Origin: Podarcis vaucheri
Taxonomy: Eukaryota
Strand: one strand, 5' to 3'
NCBI GenBank assembly: GCA_965113315.1
Contig: OZ220364.1
DNA: 64,000 nt
Position numbers and translations under genes: made by a program. Below the pieces are notes generated by a model. The model was given only the letters and a program-made list of their open reading frames with translations. It ran no database searches and was not told the origin of the DNA. The stretch's first letter is position 1. Each line of letters begins with the position of its first letter. Below are positions 1 to 12,100 of the stretch, in pieces.

Positions 1-820
1 AACGTTATGCTACATAATGCAAGCAATGGGCAATCCTAATGCCTGTATCTTGAGCGTTATTTCAAAGGTGTAATTTTGCGTGCAGTGTTTCCTCCTATCT
101 TCAAAGAGCAGCCTTCTGTTGCTCCTGCCTTTATCTGGATCATGGGGCATCAAGCACAATGCTATGCATTCCATTCAGGTGAGAAATTTTACTGTACCTT
201 TATCAGAATACTGTTTGTTTTGGTAAGGCATGGTAAGATAAGGTAACGAATAGGCTGGACAGTGTAAATGTACAGTAGGGAACAAAGTCTTTATTGTATA
301 ATGAAAGTAGTAAGAACTCTGATGTGAACATACCTGATTCGCTTTAGTTCATTAATTTTTAATACCTTTGGGCAGGTCTTATTTTCTCTCTTGGCCATTT
401 GACCAAGAATTCAGCTTCAATACCTCCTCCAGTCTTCAATCTTGACAACTTCAAATTTTAAAAAAACAGGTGTTTCGGGGGGCGGAACTGTGGCAAGGAA
501 TTTTCTGAAAAGTGAGTACAAGCTCAAATGGCAAAGTAAACTTGGAAGATCTGGTAATATTGGTACTTCGTTTGTAAAAAAACCACAAAATGTAGCTGAA
601 ACTCATAAGCCCATTGTTTTGAAATATTCCTACTAAATGTGGGGAAATATTTTGAAATAAATGCCCTATATCAAACGCATAGGGGAAGAGCAAGTATTTT
701 TAAAATTAGGAGGTGGGAGGAAGTTCCTAATATTCTTCTTAACTGTATTAATGTAATTCAGATATTTCACTAATAATAATTTATGTTTAATTAAAAGTAT
801 CTGTCAAAAGAACAGTGGCT
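1..820 (+). other. Possible end of a convergent 3' UTR (PRKCD by human synteny)
   Basis: AT-rich, several TGTA/ATTTA motifs, ATTAAA at 790-795; no coding sequence in the window, so the identity rests on synteny only. Confidence 0.3.
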
Positions 821-1246
821 TAAATGATTGGAATTTATGTCATTTCATGCTGGCCTGAATGATGTCTCAATTGTGTCCTTTAAAAAATGCATTGATGCTG
901 TGTTGTCACATTGATATACATATGAAAGGCTACTGTTGATGTTGACAAGTTAGATTTTCTGTTTTGCTGTTTGTGCGTGGTCCTACCTCTGCAAGTATCA
1001 TAACTTCATTTAGAATCACAAAAGTCCTGTTGAGAAGTAAGGATTGCTTTAGATGCAGAAGGTCAGTGTATCCAAATGCACTTGATGGCTACACACATCT
1101 AGTCAGATCAGGCACCACACTTTCATGTGAGGCCCTGAAATGTCATTTGTAGAAGACAGCAGAATTATATTTCAAAGTAAAATAGTTGCATACGTCCTTT
1201 GGCTTCCAAAGGCAAGCCAAATCTCGCTACCAAACGGACCCATGCC

Positions 1247-1665
1247 TGGGAAGGGACGTAGCTTAGAGGCAGAGTAGTTGCTTTTATGCAGAAGACCTCA
1301 TTATCATCCCTGGCATCACCAGGCAAGGCTGAGAATGTTCTGCCTGGAGTCCTGGGAAGCTGGAGTCAGTCAGTGTAGCCAAAGTTAAGCTAAACCATGG
1401 GTAGGCAAACTAAGGCCCGGGGGCTGGATCTTGTCCAATCGCCTTCTAAATCCGGCCTGCGGACTGTCTGGGAATCAGCATATTACATGAGTAAATGTGT
1501 CCTTTTATTTAAAATGCATCTCTGGGTTATTTGTGGGGCATAGGAATTCATTTAATTTCCCCAAAAAAATATAGGCCAGCCCCCCACAAAGTCTGAGGGA
1601 CAGTGGACCGGCCTTCTGAAAAAGTTTGTTGTCCCCTGAGTTAAACGGACCAATGATCTGATTCC
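1247..1665 (+). mobile_element. Old tRNA-derived squamate SINE (Squam3-like), interrupted
   Basis: Head GGGAAGGGACGTAGCTTAGAGGCAGAG...ATCCCTGGCATC; body resumes as GGACCAATGATCTGA after the MITE; similar to 36825-36985. Confidence 0.5.
1396..1638. mobile_element. hAT MITE inserted in a tRNA-derived SINE
   Basis: TIR CATGGGTAGGCAAACT / AGTTTGTTGTCCCCTG; 8-bp TSD AGCTAAAC / AGTTAAAC. Confidence 0.8.
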
Positions 1666-2798
1666 CTAACAAGGGAGTTTCCCATGCTGGGCTTGCTGAA
1701 TGACATTCTGGTTCAGGGACACCACTTTGGTGAACTGCACTGGGAGACAATAGGAACCATGTACACACTTACAGGCACAAACATGCTGCAGCTAAGTAGG
1801 TCTGCCCCAAGATGGGAGACCATCTGGGAGCAATCTGCAAGCTTCTCCGAACTCTGCAGCTGAAGAACAGGATACAAATAATGAATAAATAATAAGAAGC
1901 TGCTGTTTCCTCCTCCACTCCCTTAACCTCTGTTTGATTTCCCCATACACTCGCGATGGCATGCTCCACCTTGCTCCGAGCGCAGGTGGTGGAGCAGGCT
2001 AGTAATAGATCATAAACCTCAGAGTAGCCCAAGGACATGCTGTCTGTGGGTACTTGTTTGTTTTAAATCAGTGATGGGTGAGCCAATGACTCAGTCCAGA
2101 TATTCCAGCTCAGTCAGCACTGATCTCAAGCAGACAGGACCGAGGGACAGAAAATTGGGCTCTTAGCCTTCCTAAACCGATGGATGATGCTGTTTTCTTC
2201 TCTCAGCACATGCACAAGAAGTGTGTTTGGTCAGTATTTAAGACAGGGATGAGTAACCAACTCCCATCAGTCTCCAGCCAGTTTGCAGAAGCAGAGGCTG
2301 ACAGCAGGTAGTAAAGGGACACCATAAAATATAAGCAGAATCCGCTGGCGATAGAGGAAGAGGAAGATGGGAAGAAATAACAGCCCCACTACTCTTGGAT
2401 GAAAATACAGTGCATGGAAATGTTTCACCTGAACATAGGAAGCAGGTAGTTGAAGTGAAATGTTTGCTCCTGTATATCTTATTTCACTACTGTGCCAAAT
2501 AGGAAGTATTTCTGGACAAGCTGGCAGTTATGTGAGAGAGAAAAGTTTCTCAGAAGAAACAGAAGAAGGGACTGAGATGTCACAGTGCTACATTCAAAGC
2601 CCTATGGTCAGCCATAAAATTCACAATCCCACAAGTGTTGAGAGAAGCATTATAAATCATTTTGGTACATTAAATTACAGCAATTTACTTGGATCTTTCT
2701 GTTTTACGTTATGGGCTATTGCCTTATCAGCATCTAGGTTTCCAGAAATCCTAACAGTTCAAAACAGAAAACGTGACTTTTCTCCCAAAACTTTTACT

Positions 2799-2804
2799 TT
2801 TATT
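2799..2804 (-). terminator. Probable TKT polyadenylation signal AATAAA
   Basis: AATAAA ~125 nt past the stop, followed on the minus strand by a U/GU-rich tract (GTCACGTTTTCTGTTTTGAACTG, ~2756-2778). Confidence 0.65.
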
Positions 2805-2929
2805 AGAATTCTTCCATTAAAACTCTGCATATAATTTCAACCCTGTTTGAAAGCTACAGTGTTTGGTTTTTTTTAACCATCCTTATCCCAAAACACTGCC
2901 CCCAGAACACAATGGGTGTACAACACAAA

Positions 2930-3117
2930 CTACTCTGCATTCCTTGATTTGGACACTGCCACCTTCACAGCCTGGATGATGCCATCCTTATCGATGCCAA
3001 ACATCCTAAGCAGCTCAGCTGATTTTCCACTTCTTGGTATGTGGGACACAGCCAAGCGAGAGACTGTGATCCCTGGTTCTCCAACCACAGCCGCAGCAAC
3101 GGCTTCTCCAATGCCAC
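2930..3117 (-). CDS. TKT: TKT exon 14 (coding part to TAG)
   Basis: [61 protein letters not shown]; tag| acceptor. Confidence 0.97.
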
Positions 3118-6100
3118 CTAGGGAAAGATAATATACAAACGGATGATAAGTCAAGGCTAACAAGCTTTATTTCTTTTTAAATAGCTAGATTAAGCTGCTT
3201 ACAAAGAAAACAATTGGATAGTTCAGAGGGATTGGAAAGGTTGCAAAGTTGTTTGTCCCATGAGAAGCTTTTGCCTAAACAGTTTTTCTTCTAAGAAGAT
3301 TAGTGCTTTGATGCCCAATCAAGGCAGCTGATCTCCAAGAGTCCACACAAGCCATGCAAGTAGAGTAGTTGATCATGAAGACACAGGAGATACAAAAATT
3401 ATATTTTATAAATGTCTAAAGGAGGACCTGTGGTAAAACGTTGCAGTGTGGAGTGCTCCTTTTTTAGTGTTCCAGCCAGCCAGTTAGCTACGCTTTCCTC
3501 CACAAAATTCCATTCCATCATTCCCCCGCCCCTCCACAGCAAACAATCAGCATTCTGAGCACAATGAGCTTGTTCATTCCTCAATGGACATCTTTGAGGT
3601 TCCTTAGCTATTCCCCCCCAAAGAATTTTTTTATGGGAACGTTGGGGTTCACCCAAGCCTGATACCTCCCCATTCTGCGAGTATGGTGCTATTTTGGCTA
3701 TATAACTAATGGCGCTCATACCCTGAATATCTGAAATAGAGGAAACAATGTCTTAGATATGTAGCTTATTAGATGATGTTGGACCCCCCATCAGCCCCAG
3801 CCAACTAATGGTCAGGGATAACAGAGTAATATCTGGAGAGTCAGCAGCTCCACTACAACAGCAGGAAATGTAACTCCAACAGTATAACTGTTGCAAGAGC
3901 ACACCCAAGCTAGGATTGTCAAGCTAGGATAGTCATGAGAGAAATCTCTTTCATTTCTCTAGGTGTCTGTACCATGTATAGGTAGAGTTGAAGCACAGGA
4001 ACTAGAAAATAATCAGTGTCCATGTATTTCTCATCATCGTTATTAATCACCTTCCATGTATGTCCAATGCAATATACAAAATATAAAAAACCCTCCAAAG
4101 TTAGGAAATAGCACAGAAGAGGAATTAAAAAACAATAAAAAATGGACACCCATGGCAGAGACGCATATACATTACTGAATTTTTCGCCTTTGTTATCATG
4201 TGTGTTGACCTACCTTCATAGTAATGGTCTTCCACAGTGATAATTCTGCCTTTGGTTGCTCTTGCATTTTCAAGTATAGTTTTCTTATCCAGAGGTTTTA
4301 TAGTGAAAGGGTCAATCACTCTGATGGAAACTTTTTCTGAGAAAAAGAATGGGAACAGAATTATGCACCAGAGCATGTGGCTCAACAAAACACAGGAGAG
4401 GGGACTCGCTAATGTTTAACGTTTCATACACATTTATTAAAGCATCCCAATGGGGGTTTTGAAACCACAAAGTATTTGGTTCTAAGAATGGCCAGAATAT
4501 AAGACAAAAACAAACTGACTGATAAGTAAGCATAAGCCTTACTTTCTCGTTTTGTCATTCCCTAGAATGAGGGCACTCATAACCCACTTCCAAGGACCTT
4601 TACTATGATAATTGATCTCCAGAAGAATTAAGCCACCCAGAAGCTAGTTTATGGAATATCTAAAGAACTAGATAGCACAAGGTCATCATTCAACTTCAGT
4701 CTTCTTAAAGCACAGCTGCCTGCTCATTTATCCAATGGCTATAATTGCATTAACTTATTAGTACTATCATCTTGTGGACTTCTCAATAGTGAGATTTCCT
4801 TTATTCCACCAAAGGTTATGTTGGAGAATGCCAATAGTCTTGGATAATCATGGCCCAGTACACTTCCAATACTAAAATGATATCTGAAGTGAAATGAGTA
4901 GCAACACATGTTTCAAGGAGCAAAATGAGGATGGGAATATGCGACCTACTGCCAGTTAGGTAGCCTGTAACTGAACGTGTTCAGGTATGGTGCAACCTAT
5001 ATGTTTCAGGAAAGATGACATTTCATCTACTGTGAAACAAACCATGGTTTACTTATCCAGGACTATCCATCTAGTAAGATCTTGTGCAGATGCAATATTC
5101 CTAATCAATATACCACATGCTCACTGACTTCTCCTTTCCCTCCTTCCCTTTCATCCATGGTTCGTCTTGTACATGCACTGCATTGAGGCTGATCATAGTT
5201 ACTCCGAGCCAGGGTGACCTAAAGTGTATAGGACCAGTTTGCATCAGATTCACCAGTCCCTGTCAAATGGGAATCTAGTTCGCTATTCTTAACAGTGATG
5301 TTAGTGGCGTAATGTTACACCATTGTTAAACAAACCATGGAAATTCACAAGGAAGAGAGGCCATGCAAATCCATATCACATTTCAAGTCTCTATTGTTCG
5401 TACCAGGGCTACATTGCTACAGATAAGATACATGTTTGGGTTTGATTTTATATATTAAACTAACTTTTTTCTTGTTTGTTTTTTTAAATAGACTTAAGGC
5501 TCCAAGGGAAGGTGTAGTAATTAGATTACACTTCTAAAGAATTTCCTACCCCCCCCCTTCATAGCCCTCATGTTCTTCCCTACAAGATGGCTGGTGTGCA
5601 TTTCTCAAAAGAGTTTGGTGTAATCACCTCTCTTCAGTTGCTCAGCTGCAGCCAGTGCCTCGTGCAGAGTTACTCCTGCTCCAATAACCGTGACCTGGTC
5701 ATCTTTGCTCTTGAATACCACCTGATAACAACAGTAAAACAAAGAATTAGAGAAAGTTCTAGATTTACTGGATAAAAGCTAGTAATAATCACTATGTTCA
5801 ATGACTACGTTCTTGTAGTTTAAGTCTTGTAGCAACTTTCAAAATGGCGCTCACCTTGGCTTGTCCAACATGGAAATCCTCATTGCTGCCATAGATCACT
5901 GCATTTTCTGGACGACTGGTTCGTATGAAACAGATGCCCTGTTTTCAAAATGAACACAGGATAGATTGTAACACCCACAATAGCCCATGGAATTAAACTT
6001 CAAAACAGAAAAAAACATTTAAAAATCCAAACTTTAAAACTAGTCTTTTTAAAGCTGAGTGTGTCTAGTTCTGGATGGGTGACCACCCAGGTATTATAAG

Positions 6101-9100
6101 CATGACACCTTGGGTTCCATTACAGAAGAAAATGGGGGTATAAATGGAATGGAATAAACAGCCAACTAACAATGAAACTCTGACAAATTCACAGCAATGG
6201 GCACCCTTCCCTATATGCCTTTGCAACAGAAGAGAGCAAACTTCAGATCTGGAGACAGTAATGGGCCAGATCCTTATCTTTTCCCCATCCCTATGCAGCA
6301 ACTGTCAATCATCTGAGGTCATGAGGATGCCAGGCGATTGATGCCTGTCCAAAGTCCCTTGCACATTTCCTTCCTAATGCCCACTGAACTCGGGAAGTGC
6401 TGCACAATGAGGAGTCCCAACGTTACCTATCCTCCATCTGATGTCATACGAGCTTGCCGGCCAAATGGGGAGGGCCAGCAGGTTCCCCACCCCTGCTCTA
6501 AAACTCCCAAGCAAGTACACTGCAGAAGAGTTGCATACCTTTGTATTTGCAGCCAATTCTACTGCCTTTTCAGTGGATACAGCATCACTAGGGTAAAATA
6601 CAGTTGAATTAGGAATGGCACGGAACATGCACAGATCTTCCAGCCCCATCTGTGAAGGTCCATCTTCACCTAGAAAAGAGATGGTTTAGGGGCAGGGGAT
6701 GAAAGAAAAATATCAGTGTCGAAAAGTGAACAAACTTCTCTGTATACTTCTTAAAACAAAAGGCATCCAAAATAAATATAAGGCACTCACAGGACATGGA
6801 AGGCTACCTACCCTCTTCTGCTTAAACTTGGAAATAGCAAAGAAAGAAGATAGAAGGAAACTAAAAAGAAAGAAAACTAGGGTTATAAAGAAAAATCATG
6901 GAAAAATGCAGACGTAAATGGTAACTAAAACAATAAAGCCGAAACTAAACCACCACTACCACAGAGGCAAAAGGAGAAGGAAAAGGGATATAGGGCTACA
7001 TACATGAGTACAGAAATGAAAGAAAATAAATGCACAATTTTAGCCAACTGGCAAAAGAAAAATGTACAAGGTGACAGTAGGCATGTCTTAATTATTGGTG
7101 GAACACAGAGTAATTCATGATTCTATCAGAATGTCCCATCCTGGGAGGGGGCACTTGAAGCTCATAAGAAGCTTACTTTTCAGCAAAGATTGGCTTAATG
7201 AAACCCACAGAGAAATGCATTATAATTAGGGATATATTTGGATGCGGGGGGTAGAGCAGTGAATGGCACAGTTCAAATCCCTCCAGGGCCAGCAGTAGGA
7301 AGAGCTGTGGATGCACTTGTGCCCTTCTGGTAGAAAAGAAAAGTATTTACAGGAAACCAGTTAGAAGAACTGAGTGCATTTTTTCCAGCTTCTACTTGGT
7401 TGAACTGACTTGTGAACACTGTCTGCCTTAAAAAGGAGCCAGAGGGCCGCTCCAAAGTCATTTTCTAAAAATGTGGGAAAGTGTCTGCTTCCTGTTTCAG
7501 TACAATTGCCACACAGGATGCAGTAAGAGTTACGGAAATGACACCACCACATCCTTTATATATATACCTATTTAGTCAAGGACCCCAAAAAGCCCCAGTC
7601 GGTTGTGCATCTCTGCATTTTAATAAACTTGAGGGGGTAAAGGTTTCTCTCATCATTGGAACTTAAGATCCCATTCCTGATAAGGGCAAGGATTGAACCT
7701 GCAGCCTCCTGCATACAAACACACGCTTCAGAAGCAGGCGAAGCTTTTATCCTGATGGCCGTGAGAGATCTACTGAAATAAGATCTTGGCATGTGCAAAA
7801 GAAAAAAAAAAGCACATGTCCCACCCTACAAACAGTAATAGAATGTGTGCACTGAAATACACTGGCACCGGTACTTAAAAGAGGGCTTCACTGTACGGTT
7901 GAAGAAGCAACTGGAAATTCTTTGAAGAGAAGCACAAGTGGCAAGTGGTGTTAGAAAGAATCTGAGGCTAATTAATGGCTAAAGCGAGCAACTTGACCAT
8001 GCGACAGCACTGAGAGACAAGTATAGCAAAGCCCAAGCTGAAAATTCCTGAACCACTGCCAAGCTGTTCAGGCTTCACTGCTTACATTTCCAGTGCAAAC
8101 TCTGAGTGCAGCATGAGCAACTCTTAAGCCAATAAGGAAACTTCCACTGTGCTTTCCAAAGCTCAGATTTAAGAAGAAATTTGTGATAAGCCACTTGCAG
8201 TTCTAATCAGCTTTTAGTATGGTATCATTACTGAACCATACACTTTGTCAATGAGCTATGAAGGAACAATATTGCTCCCAAAGATTTGGCAGCTGGTGGC
8301 AAAGGTGATTAATACTCATACCTATCAGACAAAACACTGTTCATAATAACCCAATTTGCACACACCCCTAAGGCAAATGAGCAAGCATGCAGGTACCCAG
8401 AGAGAAAATTATGGCTACTTTGCTTATCTCTGGTCATGCTATTGCACTGCTTGTAGCTAAACCAGGGTTTGGCTTAGGGTTACGTTTGAACACAGACTTG
8501 AGGCTTGTCTCCCCCAAATAACCAAGGCTTTTGCTTGGTATAAATTCTGGTTTTTTGGGAGCGAGACTAACCACAAGCATAAGTTTACACAAAATGCTAA
8601 ATTAAAGCATGTATTTGGCTCATGGCAGTGCAGCAGAACCAGGGGAATGACAAAGTGCATCAGTTTTCATGCTGGGCACCCACATGCTTGCTTATTCTTG
8701 CTAAGTCATAGTCTGGTTTAGTATTATGTACAAACAAGGTCATTATCCATATAGCAATAATAGAATAAAAGCTTGGAGGAAAAGCTTGCTTTGCTGTTTT
8801 AATTTTGTTGGGTATAGCCAGAGCGTCCTGCACGTTGACACAATGGTAAAGTGTAATGGTCATTTGGAACTAAATGAGAATACACAGCATTTTCTAGCAC
8901 ATGTTGGAAGAATCTCTGATACATCCAAAACTCACTTTATTTGTCTCTAATGTATACATGGAATGTCTATTGTCGGCAGATCAACTATGTGAGGTTTGAA
9001 AAGTACACTTTGGTCAAAGGACTTAGCAGACCATCAGTTTTACAAGCCTCATTTCCTCTATGATGCAACAAGTGATATCAAATAAAAAGCAGAGAATAAA

Positions 9101-12100
9101 ATTTGTAGACTATGATAATAAGGTAGGGGGGAGAGATTCCTACAGAATTTTGAAATTACTTCCACTTCATAGGTAAAGCAAAATTTAGATTTGAATATTT
9201 GTTTCAAACTCATACGGAGTTAAAACTTTAACCATGCCCCTTAGTTTTATGAGCTGTCTGTGTGCCTGCATCTGGGAGACTAAGGCAATTCGCTGAATAA
9301 ATTTGAAGACGCTTACCAATGGATACACCGCAGTGAGATCCACAGAGGTTGATGTTGCTCTCGGAAATTGCTGCCATGCGGATCTGATCATATGCCCTGG
9401 TGTAAAATGTGGCAAAGGTGCTGGCAAACACAATGTTTCTGTCCCGGGTTGCACAACCAACGCCAACGCTCACCTGTAATGGGGGGGGAGGGGAAGAGCA
9501 GATTAACCAGTTCCAGCAAAATGTGAGTGCTACACGCTGAGTTAGCTAAATGTTTTATGCCTATATAAACTATATACGTTTTATATATTTATATTCTTCC
9601 TCCGAGGAGAAGTTCAGGACAGTATACAAAGCTCTTCCCGTCTCCCTATGTTATCCTTACAACAAGGTAGAGAAAGATGGGAGTGACTCAAGATCAGCTG
9701 GTGAGTTTAATGGATGAATGAACTTGGTCTCCATGCTCTTGGTCCAATTGCTACGTCACTAATTGACTAATAGAGCTGGAGTGCATAGAGGAGTGGGAAA
9801 GGAAATAAGAGTTACGTGTGCCGACAGAATGATCATAGCAGTGCAACCTGCTCTCGTGCACATGTTTGTGGTGCACGAAATGTGCTTAAGCTCCTCAAGA
9901 AATTAGAAGTAATGGCTCTGGTTACAGCAGCCTGATATGCAGAGCTCTGAAGCAGAAGCTCTCTGACAATGGTAGGCTGGATATAGGGAGAGCAGCAGCA
10001 AGCTGTCCAAGGCCTGAGGGAAAGGAGAAACAGGGCAGGAGATGCTCTGAAAGAGGTGGGAGGCAAAGAGAAGGTTAACTATGGGGCTGAAAGAGGAGGA
10101 GAACTATGGGGCTGATGCACTATGAAATGTGCCCTTGAATCAACCTGGCCATTGCATGTTGCAGTGCACCTAGAAACCCTAAGCCCGTGGTTCCCAACGT
10201 GGGGCACACGCCCCACAGGGCAGCAATTTCATTTTTAAGGGGGGCAATTTGAGAATGAGTTAGACCAAGTTAATGGCCTTTTAGCTTCCTCCACATGAAT
10301 AGGAGTTCCCTTTTTGAATACAGTATAGTGGTACCTCAGGTTACAGATGCTTCAGGTTACAGACTCTGCTAACCCAGAAATAGTACCTCAGGTTAAGAAC
10401 TTTGCTTCAGGATGAGAACAGAAATCGCGCGGCAGCAGCGGAAGGCCCTATTAGCTAAAGTGATACCTCAGGTTAAGAACAGTTTCAGGTTAAGAACGGA
10501 CCTCCAGAACGAATTAAGTTCTTAACCTGAGGTACCACTGTAATAAGAATTATATGTCACTGGGGAGGATCAGGATTTTGGAGATGTTTAGGTGGGGCAT
10601 GCCCCCCCCAAAGGTTGGGAACCACTGCTCAAAGCTCTTTAGGACATTGTATCTAACCAAGTCATCTTCAGAGGAGAGTCACCAAAATCAACGGACAGCA
10701 CTAACTTGAGTCTATTGATTTCAAAGGGTCTGCTTCAAGGAAGACTTAGTTGAATACGAAACCTTATTTATAAAGGTAGGGTAATGGCAATGGTTTAATT
10801 ATGAGAGTGAGAATTTATCCCAAAAAACCCTGCTTAGTTTGAAGGAAGAAACAAACGAAGAAACACCCAAAGAAAGCACCTTACCATGTTTTGTTCAGCG
10901 ATGTAGCATTCAATGAAACGGCTGGGGTGCTCTTTTTTGAAGAGCTCAGAGAAAGTGGAATTTTTGGTATCCCCATCCAAAGCAACCACACGGTCACAGG
11001 CATGGCCCAGTTTGGCAAGGGCCAAGCCATAAGCTTTGCGAGTAGCAAACTGTGGAGAGGAAAAGGACATAGATGCCCCGTTTTCATTATGTTCAATTAT
11101 TCTGTTATGCTGCAATTGCAAACCACATAAATAAAAACCTTCGAAAATGAGTCCAAGACAAAACTCTGCATGACCAATATTACACTGAAGAGTTTCAAAG
11201 AATCTCTAATGCTCCCCTGTATGTTATAGTATGTCACATCAGTACCTCATACTTACGGCCAACATTTTAAATGTTTACCATTCTGATCCTAAGCATAGAG
11301 ATTATCATAGCTAACTGAAGCATCTATAATATGTCCTTGCAATCCTGGTTAACTTCAGGCTTTCTGGTGTTGTGCTAGTAGTACAAGGGTCTTTATACCT
11401 CTAGTCATCAAACACATCACAGCTGAAGCAGAAAGACCTAGGAAAAGGCCTCAGGGGAAACTGTGCTGAGAGAAGCCAGGTTGTCCTCATACAGTCACAC
11501 CAAGTGCAGTGTTGTCCTTTACTTGACTGAAAGCTAGCCATGGGAACACAACCAGCACTTCCCTAGAGAAGTGGAAACCCCAAACCACGCTTGCATGAGT
11601 TTCTCCTTCTGTCTCTGTTTACTTTGGCATCTAAGAGTTTCCATAAGCTTTTTGTCTGCAGGCTCAGGTAAGATTTCCATGCTCTTCAAATCTGACGACA
11701 GGGAGAGAGACTGGTAAGTCTTCCTTTTCTTCTCCCATTTGCTGCATTAGTTCAGCTGCCTGACAGCTATAACTTGCTCTGCATCAGAGCAGGTGAAGGA
11801 GACAACTGACCAGTATTGTGACTTTGCCACTACTAGACAAGAGGGACAGACAAACTCTCTACCTGGTTCATTCTTAAAGAAACAAGAAGTCTAGTAAAGG
11901 TAAAGGTACCCCTGCCCGAACGGGCCAGTCTTGACAGACTCTGGGGTTTGTGCGCCCATCTCACTCAAGAGGCCAGGGGCCAGCGCTGTCCGGAGACACT
12001 TCCGGGTCACGTGGCCAGCGTGACAAAGCTGCATCTGGCGAGCCAGCGCAGCACACGGAACGCCGTTTACCTTCCCGCTGGTAAGCGGTACCTATTTATC

